Positions 1 to 12,056 of a stretch of DNA of 64,000 bases are shown in pieces. The position numbers and the translations under genes were made by a program. The notes under the pieces are model-generated. The model did no database searches and was not told the DNA's origin. It was given only the letters and a program-made list of their open reading frames with translations. Origin of the DNA: Hormiphora californensis (lineage: Eukaryota; Animalia; Ctenophora); NCBI GenBank assembly GCA_020137815.1, contig CM035358.1, forward strand, positions 6,324,001 to 6,388,000. The letters are read 5' to 3'. The stretch's first letter is position 1. Each line of letters starts with the position of its first letter.

Positions 1-668
1 GAGAGGGAGAGCGAGAGAGAGAGAGAGAGATAGAGAGAGCATGACAAAATGTTCCTAACGAAGCATGGGAAGTGTATTCAGTCATATACCGTGTTTAAAA
101 TCCCATTGTTAGGTTCTCATTCAAAGCATGAGACAGAAGCCTTCGAGAACACGCCCAGCTTGCAATGTATCCCCTGCCAATTACCATACCTTGCCTTGCG
201 CCGCGGTAACAGGGTTAGAACATACCTTCAGTAAGTACACGTTTCTTCCGTGTGAGAGAAGTGAGCGGGAAAAGCAGGGATGAGACCCTCAAATGCGGGG
301 AGGAAGTCAGCCGTGTGTAGTTGTGTCATCTTAATTAATTAATCAATTAATTACTGGTTGATTGTTTGTTGAAGTCACCATTTTATACTTTCTGTGGAGG
401 TAATCAGTTAGGGGTAATTGTTCTGACCGGGATCAGGTAGGATAGGTTTGAGACAGGGATAAATATATAATGAGGGGTATAATTTGGGTAAGAATCGGGA
501 ACTGGAAACAGACACAAAGATTGGGGAGGGGGTTAAAAAGATCAGAAAAAATTACACATATTTGCTGAATTAAATATCTTTCTCTCCGATATCTGACATC
601 AACATACTCTTCTCGAGATCTACTAAAGCGATCTATTGTCTTCCAATTACACCCAGGCCAACCACCCG

Positions 669-867
<199 letters not shown>

Positions 868-896
868 TCTCACTGGATCACCACATATCTTGCACG

Positions 897-3800
897 ATGT
901 TCCTGTCATTGTTGTTGTCCTCCCTGCTAGGTCAATGTAGCAGTCATATAGCAGAGTGTAGCAGTTTCGAATATCTCGCCTCGGGGAAAGAGGTGGTCAT
1001 TTCTAACACTCATACGGGGGAAACATACTCAGCCACAACCGCGACAAGTGAGTAACCATAGGAACAATTGAGTGTATGTAACCATAGCAGCAAGTGAGTG
1101 TATGTAACCATAGCGACAAGCGAGTGTATGTAACCATAGCAACAAGTGAGTGTATGTAACCATAGCGACAAGCGAGTGTTTCGCAGTAACAAGTTGGTGT
1201 CTCTTAGTAACTATATGATAGTCCGTAGCAACAAATTGGGGGTGTAATTAGGGGCGACATCTCTCAAATCTCACGGGATGCTGTAACACACACGCAACAA
1301 CTAAAAATGCATCTATACGTCTTCTCTGCATCACTGCTCAATAGCAAGAGAAAATTTATTTTAAAATCTCGACACAAGCATCACTGTCCTTTTTATCACT
1401 TGACGGAGCGGCATTCCTTTTTACACTCATTCTCTTTTCCACACTCATCTCTCTCATCAGAGCTCATCTGAACTGTTTCTGAATGTATCTCTCCACCACA
1501 ATTCACACACATCCTTTAAATCCAACGTCCTTTGAAGTTATAGATGAAGGAGTGCTTATCGGAGACTTTTGGTTTATACGCGGCGGGTCCTGGTGACACC
1601 TGCTTATACGGTTCCAGAGCAGTACCGCGGGGTAGACTTGACACGAAATTAGCACTGCTAGCATTCGTCTTGTCTGGCCCCTCATAATTCACAATGTTGT
1701 AGTGGCCCGGTCCAGGATTTGGTTTCGGTTTGGGTAATGGCATGGCAGGGGCAGATATAGCAAGGTAATGGAGTCGATAGAATGGTGTTCCCTCCGCATC
1801 TTGGCCTTCATAGGGGTCATAAGCACCCGGTCCCGGTACCTTAGATTCACTATCCAACACGGCGCTTCTCCTTACTTTAGATTTGAACACGCTCGACATC
1901 GGGTTGATGGTCTTCTTAATCACGGAGTCATCGATCTCATAACTACCCGGTGCGGGGAAATCTGATCCTTTCAAGGGTGGGAGACCGTCCCTCCGTGAGC
2001 GAGATTTGAACGACGCACACGCTGATGGTACTCCTTTTGGCGGGAGTTGGGGGTTGTAATGGTTTGGTGGGGGTGCTGTGAGACCAGGTCGCTTAGCAAC
2101 ACATATTGGCTTATGGAACGCACTCATTACCCCTCTATTGAAATCACTGGAAGGTGTGTCAGTGGTCATAGGATCCAGGTCCGACTGCTGTACCTCCCAT
2201 CTTTTGGCCGTGGAACCGTTTTGTCGATGAGGCAAATGATCCAAGTACCTTTCTTCGACCAACTAGTTTTACCAGTTGCACCACTTGAAAATGTGCCATC
2301 ATGACCCGCTGTGTAGGAGCCATGGACCAGGATTTTCCGAGATATAATCATAGTCACTGAACCGACACGATCTTGAATTGAATCCCTTCTTCTCGTTGTT
2401 TGTTATTACATAAGTTTGGTATTTAGAGGGAATGGAGGGGGCAGGCCGAAGTCCACTGGCCAGCCTTCCCCCATCTGCTGTTCCCCCAGTTGACATTCTC
2501 TCTGAGCTAGAGCTGGCTGAAGTAGGCAGGTGTTAGAATTAGATTTTGAGTTGGTAATGAAATTCCCCCTCTGCGCTAGCTCACTATATGCAATAATAGG
2601 GGTGACTTCGTAACCAAATTTTGAGGGAGTTGTACTGGGGGTAGCCGGTAGACTGAGCTAGAGGGCTTCAATATAAGAAGGGGCGTTAGGTTTTGGGAGT
2701 TGGGGGATAAGACTGAGCTAGAGGGCTGCTATAAGAAGGGGCGTTAGTTTTGGTGGGAGTTGGGGGAAATAATTTATACTTTCAGCAACATTGGATGTTG
2801 GTGAGGGGTTGGGGAAACAATTTATACTTTCAGCAACATTAGATGTTGGTGAGGGGTTCTGTTACCTGCGGACAGTACACGAGGGAGTAACACTCAGATA
2901 CACCTTTAAAATCGAAACTGTCGAAGTATCATACAGGTATATGTACAAAGTAACTAAAATAACAATTTACCACCTCGAACTATAAAAGACAAAATTCTCT
3001 GATATAATATAAGCTCTACCACCATAATTATGACACAGAATAACTAACTCAGAATAAATAACTCAGTACGACAGGAGGGTACACCTTTGTCCCAGTTGAT
3101 GTGGGTGCAGTATGTACGTGCAGGTGCCCCAACATGCCCCTGGTAACGGCAAAGTGCCAAGATGAGGACACGTGTAAACACAACTTGTGCGTGGAATGGG
3201 ACATGGAAAGCATGGTTCTGAAGGTAGTGTAGATCTATATTTTGTCACAGAGAATTAGTTCTCAAGGTTTGTTTTATGTGGCTGATCACAACGCGTGCTC
3301 TGTGATGGTTCGGTAGAGCAAGGTTTGAACTCAATTGGTATCATCGATATTTCCTTTTAAACAGAGACAGCTTCACGACATTTTAACGCAACTAGGAATT
3401 TATAATTTCTCTCTTTTCACCAGGGCTGTGCTCTTACGAGTGTCGGAGCAAAATCACGAACCTGCTGCACGCTAGACTTGATTCCCGGTCCGACCCACTA
3501 CTACACCTTCTCCACAACATCTACCCCGACCCACTCCACCATACTCTCAGCCCAGGTCCGGGTCCACGAAACAGGTCAGCTGGTACAAGATCTCTCGCGG
3601 GAGGTACTGGTCGGCCAGGGGGGTGTTGTTTCATTCCCTGAGTTAGGGGTGTATCTGGAAGTTAGGGAGAGTGGAGCAGACCCACTTCCTCCAGACAGAT
3701 ATTTTGTGAGGGAGGACGGGGATGGTGATCTGTTGACGACTGAGAAGACGATCAATGGAGCTGGGGAGTTTGCAGTACATAACCACGGGTGGGTAAAGAA

Positions 3801-4706
3801 GCGGAAAACCGGGGTTGGGTACACTTTCACCCAAACATTGATCTCCCGATCGTTCGGAATCAGGGAGATAAACAGCTGTAGTTTGAGTGAGGTTGTCACT
3901 ACTTTTAGTGGCCTCCAGACAGGGGATATGAAGGAGCAGTTGGTTACAGAGAAGTTCACTGGGTCACTAAAATCAGCAAAACTAGGCGATGATGGTCGTG
4001 TGAAAGTTATTCCCCTGACAGCTAGAACTTTAGTACACATCACCCAATACAACCGGTCTGTGTTTGATGTTTTCGTGGACGTGACGTCACGCATTGGCAA
4101 CGTTAGTGCACTTTATGTTACAGATAAGAACAGTAACAGGTTCATTCAGCTGAATTTCACCAATAGTTCTGGTGTTATTACATGGGAGAGTGACAAAAAA
4201 CAACACGGGGTCTACTGATGATGAACATTTCCGGTTATTTGTTAAAAACAGTACCGTTTTCCAAATCCTTCAACCACTGAAACTCTCCTGTGAGACTAAC
4301 CTGACTGTTTGTCTAACTGCTTTGTTTCCTAATCCCTCCCAAGAACTCTGTTACACCATTCCCTTGTCTGATAGTGGACCCTGAGGATCCACACCAACCC
4401 GACAGTGAGATCGAGTATACACGAGGCAAGAAGGACAGTTTACTGGATCTGGACACGTGGTTGAAATACGCTAATCCTGGTGAATGGGTTGGTGGAATTG
4501 GTGGTGCTAGTGAGGGTGTTGTGGTTGCTGTGGTTGTGGTTTTGGTTATCCTCGCTCTGATACTCCTAGGGTTTGCTATAAAGGTGTTGAGGTGTATTTT
4601 CCCACGGTGTGGCAGCTCTCTGTGTAGATCTAAAACTAGAAAAACAATGAGTAGTACTGCTGACTATTCAGGAGAGTTCATTGAGATTGAGCGAACTCAA
4701 ATATGA
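897..4706 (+). CDS. eff-1/aff-1: EFF-1/AFF-1 (FF, fusexin class II) cell-cell fusogen-like type I membrane protein, ~563 aa. Exons 897-1047, 2834-2936, 3067-3223, 3424-4706; two +1 frameshifts at ~4195-4200 and ~4379-4381
   Basis: GT-AG introns with consistent phases (1,2,0). Signal peptide MFLSLLLSSLLGQCSS. FF motifs in the expected order: YTFVPVDVGAVCTCRCP, GC..x..TCC, INGAGEFAVHNHGWVKK (cf. LN...LGW), NSC, VTDKNSNRFIQLNFTNSSGVI (cf. VDSKSNR.FNL...ASG.I), VCLTA..ELC, KYANPGEWVGGI (cf. NP.HWIKGI), then a TM helix and short cytoplasmic tail. Confidence 0.85.
1049..1180. repeat. ~27-29 bp minisatellite (GAGTGTATGTAACCATAGCRACAAG) starting at the FF exon 1 donor
   Basis: 4-5 tandem copies visible; each recreates ACAAG|TGAGT-like donor sequence. 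Confidence 0.8.
1516..2496 (-). CDS. STPG1: STPG1/MAPO2-like sperm-tail PG-rich (SHIPPO/PGPGxY) repeat protein, intronless, three single-base insertions (~2322, ~2243, ~2167)
   Basis: PSIPSKYQT..NNEKKGFNS..RF..ENPGPGSY..SWSKKGTGSFAS..RF..GPGSY..SDFNRG, several PGPGxY repeats and a C-terminal SFIYNFKGRWI. Removing three bases gives one continuous ORF. Confidence 0.8.
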
Positions 4707-4720
4707 AACCGGCCATTATA

Positions 4721-4759
4721 CTGTCTGGCGACGCGGACCCCATCTGAGCCGCCAGACAG
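4721..4759. mobile_element. Micro-MITE with CTGTCTGGCG termini (degenerate copy)
   Basis: CTGTCTGGCG...CGCCAGACAG inverted termini; same family as 12242-12310 and 29103-29161. Confidence 0.6.
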
Positions 4760-6743
4760 CCATAAATACGTCTGTTGATGTGTTTAAAAAAACCATATTT
4801 TGTCTCTTTCACCAATGAATTTCTGAGTTTTTCTTTTCCCCCCCCCCCCAAATTTTATCACAAAAAAGTTTTTCCTTTTGTGATCAATCCACAGATTCCC
4901 CAATCAGGGAACATGGTTTCAGCTCCCTTTGGTGACCCCAAGACCCCCATCAGGGTTTTGACCCGCTACATTTTGGGGAAAGGGGAGTCGCACCGCAAGG
5001 GGCCCCCACACCCCCCTTCTTCGCCCCAAAAACAATATTTACAGGACTGGGTTGCGGGAGGTATACCACAGATTTAAAAAAATGGTTTTGGAAAAAAAAG
5101 TACTCTCCCTTTTCCCCTCAGTGTTTTAAAATGGGGGGGTAGGGGGTTTTGGGGGGATGAAGTTTTATTATTGTTGAGTAAAATATCCCCCCCTTTTCCC
5201 CCTAAGCATTTCCCTTACTCCCTTTGGGAAGGGTTTCTAGGGGGTTTTAAGGAGTAAGGGACCCCAGAAAATTTAAAATTTTCCCCAACATTCAAAAATT
5301 TGTGGGAAATCTCAATAAAAATTTACGGACCAATAAGCGGGAAATGGGGGGAAAAATCTTTAGTTCGCCCGGCCTTGTGTTCCTTTGGGCACGTTGTGTT
5401 TTAAATATGGGATAGTTTTACAATCTGGTTCATTACCCCAACAATAACCTAGAGAGAGAGGACGATAATTACGCATGTAAAGTTAGTGATTTTTAATAAT
5501 CATTTAAAAATGGGAAACGGTTTATAATTTTTTGATGGGGCCCAAAAAAAAAAGATAGATAGGGTATATGGATCTTAAAAAGGGACCGTAGGGTTTAAAA
5601 GGGTTTTTAAATACTGTAAAAGAAAAATAAAACCTGTGAATGGAGCCCTGGTTTCCAAAATGTTGTTTGTGGCCCCGAGGGGGGGAAAAAAGAAAAAATC
5701 GGGCCCCTCCGGGGGGAATAACCGGGGGGAAGGAACATTTCGGTGGGGAAAAAAAAATATTTTACACTCCCAAAAAAAAGGGAAAGGGTTTTGGGGAAGT
5801 TTTTGGGAAAAAAGCTTTTAAAATCCTGTGAAGCCTCCAAACAAGAAAGATGTGGTTTTTAATTTGCCTAATTTGATGCGTTTCATGTGAGAGTTGGGGT
5901 GAAAAAAGGTTTTAAAAGGGGGGGTTTAATTTAGATCCAATCGCTTTCTTGTCCTTTTTTTCAAAACCGGGTTTTAAAATTTGGGGTTTTTTGAAAACCC
6001 CGGGGAAAAAGGCCTTTTTTTTTACCCTCCCCAGTTGTAATCGCCCAAAATCAAAAAGGGAAAAGGGGGTTAAAATTCATACGGAAACATTTTCGAATCT
6101 GTAAAAGGTTAGAGAGTTCCAAAAATGGTTGCTTTTTAAAGATAAAATTTATTTTTGAAATATTTAAAAAAAGGCCCAAAGAATTTCCAAAGTTTGTACT
6201 GAGGATACTTTTTTGGGAAATTTGGGGGGGAATGGGCGAAAGGCCCCCCGGCAGGGGGGCAGCCCGGCCCGTTTCCTTTAATTATGTGGGAAAACCCGGA
6301 CCTTTTGGTGCAGGGGCTCAGGGGGGTTGGCAATTTGGGAATGCTACCGTCCGGGAAAAAGGCAGCATTTACAAAAAACTTTTTAAAGGGTGAAAAAAAA
6401 AAATCGGGAAAAAGGGAAAAAAAAAAAATTAAAAAAATTTTAAAAATTAATGGAAAAGTGCGGGGGGTGTGTTTTATGAGCAAAGCGGAAAATAAAATGT
6501 TCGCGCCGTACGTTTATTTATTGATTATTTGGTGAGCGCGCGCGAGACTGAGCTTTTGATTTTAATTTTGGTGATCAAAATAATTTATCAGATTTTGTGA
6601 AAAATTTGGCATGCGCTGCCTGGCTGACTGGCTTGCAGACTGCAGTGGGTACTGGGCACTGCTAAAAGTACTCTGTAGTTTTCACTTCAATGCCTCTGAC
6701 GGCCAAACAGCTTTAGCTAAGTCAAAAATAATTTGGCAGCTTT

Positions 6744-6843
6744 NNNNNNNNNNNNNNNNNNNNNNNNNNNNNNNNNNNNNNNNNNNNNNNNNNNNNNNNN
6801 NNNNNNNNNNNNNNNNNNNNNNNNNNNNNNNNNNNNNNNNNNN
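6744..6843. other. Assembly gap (100 N), flanked by homopolymer-corrupted low-quality sequence
   Basis: 100 consecutive N; 4775-6600 and 6844-7290 are dominated by expanded homopolymers. Confidence 0.97.
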
Positions 6844-7286
6844 GAAAAGGGGAAAAAGAGATGGGAAAAGGGCAGGGGAGAGAGAAGGGGGGAAAGAGAG
6901 GGGGAAAAAAGAGAGAGGGGAAAGAAAGAGAGAAAAACCAAAAAACACTAGTTCCCTAATTTAACGATTTTTTCTCCTTTTCCCTTTAAAATTACCCTTT
7001 CTTAACTCCCGTTCCAGAGGGTTGGGGCTTCTTTTCCAGATAGTTTTAGGGGGGGTCTTTTGCCCCCCGCCCCATATTTTTTAAATTCCCTTTATAATTT
7101 TTCTCCTACTTTAAACTCTAATGGGTACTTGGGTTAACCTCCCTTTTATGTACATTGTTCTCCCTCCCCTTTTTACTCCCAGCCCCCCGGGGCCCCAGAC
7201 CCAAACAGACCCGGGGCTCGGGGATTTAACCCTGTTTCCACATGGGACCTTACGGCCCCCATGGGGGAGGGGTGCTTTTTGTGGAC

Positions 7287-7371
<85 letters not shown>

Positions 7372-8214
7372 GATAGAGAGAGACATGTAGAAGAGTTAGA
7401 TGAAGTTAGGGGGGTAAATATTCTGCAGATAAAGTTTAGTGGGTCCTTCTCCCTATTTGACTTCCTTGGTCTCCCCTTCTTGTTATGTCTGCCTATTTCA
7501 TGTTTCATCCCATTTGAATTCAGTGCCCCACATTCGACCTATGAAGTGACTAATGACTTCACGTGTACTTCCATGCTTCGTCCCTCCTCGTCCTTCATGA
7601 ACCGGTGCAACACAGTTCTAGAGATCGTTTCGGGTCAGGGCTTGTATGGCTCACACTACATTTTATTTCATGTAAATTTTCAAATAAATGTACTGAATTG
7701 TTAAATGTGAGAGCTGGATTGAACAAGGGATGTGTTTAGAGTGTGACAGAAAAGAGAAATCAGTCACGTGACTAGCTCCCTTCATTGTCATTGGTCAGCT
7801 TCATAGTCTCATTGGTTCAACTCTAGAACTAATTGAATGCCATTGTTTGGCCATTACATCTCATATTGTGTCGTGGAGTCGCCAAATTAAACCAAATTGT
7901 GACCGCCACCATGTACTGCACAGACTGCTATTATACACAAAGGGGGAGCTGGAGGTCTGGGTATTATATTCTGTTTAGTGGGAAGAGAAATATTAAGATC
8001 AGAGAGAAATATAGAGAGAGAAGTATATATATATAGAGAGAGAGAGAGAGAGGATGTTGAAAGTACAGTTTAGTAGCTGCTAAAACACACCTCCCCACAC
8101 TTGACTAGTGATCCCAATACTATGAGATACACACACACACGTCACACGTGTGCCCGTTCCTATTGAATATGGATATGAGACGCCCTCCCTCAGCCCTCAT
8201 CTCTCGCTTCATCC

Positions 8215-8331
<117 letters not shown>

Positions 8332-9368
8332 CACCACCACCCCTTCAACCACTGTCAGTCCGTGTAACATGGGGGTCCGGGGGGGGGGGGGGGGGGGGTA
8401 CACTCACACACACTCTTTCAAATAATATATTCCCGGCGGTGTGTTCCATTGTTTCGGCGTTGTTCCATTGTTGCCTCATTACGTGTGTGAGGCCCTCCGT
8501 TTCTATACAACTTCTCCGGGGGGTGGTTGAGCTGTTTTGTTCCAAAAACAATGTCCTTACTTTGATTAGAACGATCTTCCTCTTTTGTGTTTTTCGCCCA
8601 GCCGGCAAAACTTATTTTCTCTCTTTCTTTATTCTCCTTCTCTCCTTCTATCTTTCTTTATTTTCCTTCGTCTCTCCGTTTGTCTACGCGGTGTGTTTAT
8701 CACCCCTCTCTGCTCTCTTTCTCTCTCTTTCTCTCTCTTTCTGATTCCTATGCTGTCCATCAAAGTCGCGTCTTTTTCTATGAACGGCTTTGCATATAAT
8801 CCTCTTGCTATGGATAGGATATTCATTACAAGCTCTAAATTCCATTCCATGGTTTTATGAAGGAGCTCACATTTCACATACATTGTCATGTTGGTTTTAT
8901 AAAGGAGCAAAATGCGATGTTTTATTGCAGCTAAACCTAACTAACACGATTATAAATGATAAACTCTGGGTATTATCCATTCCCGTTTTTTTTCTATCCC
9001 TCCATCACTGATTCGTGCTGGTAGACCTCGAAAACGAATTATACCGGATAATAATCACAGAACTGATACTTCATGAGTCATGGTGCCTCGGAGGGAGACA
9101 AAATGGGGGAGAGAGAGAATTCTTGTCGTATTGGGATATATTTTGGTAACTTTTCTCTCGACGGTGAAGTGAATGGATAAATAAGGAGTGAGTAATTGAA
9201 ACAATGAATATTTTAGCAAAAAGGAGAAAATATATCGATGAGGGCCAGGGAGGGGGGGTTCTAAAACAAGAGAGCTATATATCCGAGAGGTATCAATATT
9301 ATTATTAAACTCGCATCCTTGGCTCCAAGAGAGCCCTCAACTTGGGGTACCATTATTAATATATTATA

Positions 9369-9400
9369 CTAGTAAACCCGTTCGCCCTACGGGCGAATTT
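9369..9400 (-). mobile_element. Helitron-like 3' terminus
   Basis: Minus strand reads TTCGCCCGTAGGGCGAACGGGTTTACTAG|T: GC-rich hairpin, then CTAG, then host T. Confidence 0.5.
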
Positions 9401-11713
9401 CGGGGAAATGGTATTGGTAGCTGGAATAGGGAACACTGACATCATCAGTCTAACTAATGACATGCACTATCCCATCTTAAGTAACGGTACCTTAGAAGGA
9501 GCTCAGGCGGGATCGCTGCGAGTTTCTGGTTTCAGAACGTCAAATGATGATCCGGCGATCAAAGTTATAAAAGAACTTACTATTTCGTCTGCTTGCAGTA
9601 TTCATCTGCCTTAATCTCTGAGATTGATCATCGGTTCTGTTTAACCTCTAACGTCTTGTTCGTTCTCTCTGCACTTCTTTTGGTGATGCTGCATTTGAAC
9701 CCCTCAGTGTATGGAAAAGTAGAGAATAGCGGTGAGATCTTGCGTGAATAACTCCAATTGTCGCTGTCGTATATCAAGAGTTGTTGAAGAGAGCATATAA
9801 TTAGCTGGAACAGTGAAACAGACTAAAGCAAGATCAAATGCACGTGCACGTGCAGTATAACAGTAGCAACCATGCCATTGGCAACGGCTCCGACTCCTGG
9901 CCCCACTCCAATAGTACTCCACAGTTCACCTCTAGGCTCTAAACCTGCACGTGCTAAATGCCATATAAGGTAAAAAACGTTACACTGGATTTCCCTATTT
10001 GCTTTAATAATAGTATGATTCTGCATGGTAAATTATATTGGCTATAGGGTCATCGTGAGGGCACCTTATTACGGACCCCGGGGTTTTGAGAGGGAGAGGA
10101 TTGGATTGTGAGGTGTGAGGTTTGGGTCGTGAAATGTGAGGTTTGTGATATTATAGAACATGCTATACCCTACTACTGCTGATGCTGCACAGTAACCCAT
10201 GTTGTTATGAAACTGAATAGCATGTTTCTCTATTCCCCCGAGGGTTCAGTATCAGTACACTGAGTGCAGTGCTCAAACTGCAGGGGGTTACTGGGGGAGT
10301 GGGGCGGTACACTGAGTGCACTCGAACACTCCGAGAAAGTGGAGTGGGGGAATTCCCGGTTGTTTAAAAATTTTTTTTTTAAAATAATAAGATCAGATAA
10401 CTAGCTCCCCGCTTCCCTATTCTTTCAAACTTAACCTTCCTTCTTTTTTTAATTTTTTTCCCCAAATTCGTGGGAAAAATTACTTTAAATTCCTTCTGCC
10501 CTTTTTTTTTATTTGATTTTTTTCTTCTTCTTTTTCTTTTTTCTCTTTTTCTTTTCCCCTTTTAAAAAAAGGGGTTATTTAATTGGGGGTTATTGGTTAA
10601 ATTTTGGGGTTAAATTTGGGGTTGTTAATTGGGGTTTTTTTATTTTATTTTTTAAAAGTTTTTTATTTTTTTTATTTTTTCTGTTTTTTTTTTTTTTTTT
10701 TTTTTTATGGGGGTTTTTTTCGGGAAAAGAATTTTTCCTCTGCCTGGTAATTTTTTTTCCTTTCCTTAGACGTCCTTTTTAATTTGCCTTTCCCCAAAAA
10801 AATGCCTGAAAAACTGGGTTAGGCAAATAGGGGTTTTTTAGGGCCCCCTTTTTCCCCTCGCGCTCCTTGTTCTGTTTTTTTCTCGTTTCCTCTTTTCCCC
10901 TTTTCGCGTTTTTGTCTCTCATTCCCCTTCCTCCTTTCTCTCTCTCTCTTTCCCCCTTCTTTCTATATTTAACTTCCGTTTCTTTTCTCCTCGTAAATTC
11001 CTTGTCCTTCCCCTGTTCCTTTTTTTTTTTTTGTAAAACCCCCCCAAAAATTTTTTCTTTCTATTGTTTTCTTATGACAAACTTAACCTTCTTTTTTACA
11101 TTTTTGTGGTCACAGTATGTGTCGGAACATATTACTTTAGTAAATTCCTTCTTGGCACGCGTATATTATATGTGATATTTGATCTGATCTTCAGTTCTAT
11201 GAGCTAGGGTAACTCATTTTACTCATTTTGGTGCTCCATTACCCCCTTATTACCACACACACAGAATGGTCCGTATAGAGAGTAAAGCTGGGTTGTTATT
11301 ACCGCGATAGTAGACGGAGGGTTGTTAATTAGGGGTTGTTAATTAGGGGGTTGTTAATTATTAGTAGGAGCTACAACTGTGGGAAGGGTAGTATATGTAT
11401 ATTTTATAAGTTCTCATGGTAGTTCCATGCTTTATGTCTAGATATTTGTGAGATTGTCTGTCTATTTTAATGCCCTGATTCCCTCCTGATATTGTAAATA
11501 GATCGGTTTGGCCTCCTTTAGTGAGTCCTGGAGATATACCGCATCGGTTTAGTCACGACGTAGTCTGGGAAGCAGACGACCCGATGTGCTGCTGCTAGGA
11601 GCAGTCGAGATCTAGCCTAACGGCGAGAGATAGCAGAAGGAACATAGCGTCTGAGGGAGCGCCTAGAACATAGAGCGTGAGAAGCTCTGCCGTCTCTCTC
11701 CCTCTCGCTCTCC

Positions 11714-11805
<92 letters not shown>

Positions 11806-12056
11806 CTCTCTCTCTCTCTCTCTCTCCCTCTCTCTCTCTCTCTCCCTCTCTGATAATTGTAACATTACCAAGTTATCTATTGTACTCCCTGCGTGGGAAG
11901 AAATGCAGGAGTGATGTCCGTCAGGGTGTATCGTGATGTGTTGAGAGAGATAGGGAGTGGGAAAGATAGGTAGAGGTAAACTGCCACACGAATTGTCAGT
12001 TTCATAGTGGCTACATTAGTGGCTAAATTAGTGGCTCAAGAGCTCTTAGTCAATAC

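Noticed and set aside
2160-4385. Programmed frameshifting or RNA editing as the explanation for five +1 shifts in STPG1 and the fusogen
   Set aside because: All are insertions clustered near poor-quality sequence with no shared slippery motif; sequencing error is more parsimonious
3067-4706. Retroviral or phleboviral envelope gene of an LTR element
   Set aside because: Has spliceosomal introns, FF-specific motifs, and no adjacent gag/pol or LTRs
4775-7290. F/K/P/G-rich ORFs around the gap
   Set aside because: Homopolymer-expanded low-quality sequence; the same pattern occurs at 10360-11100 and 34470-34750
11480-11870. Possible solo LTR
   Set aside because: No convincing TG..CA boundaries with a TSD and no second copy in the window
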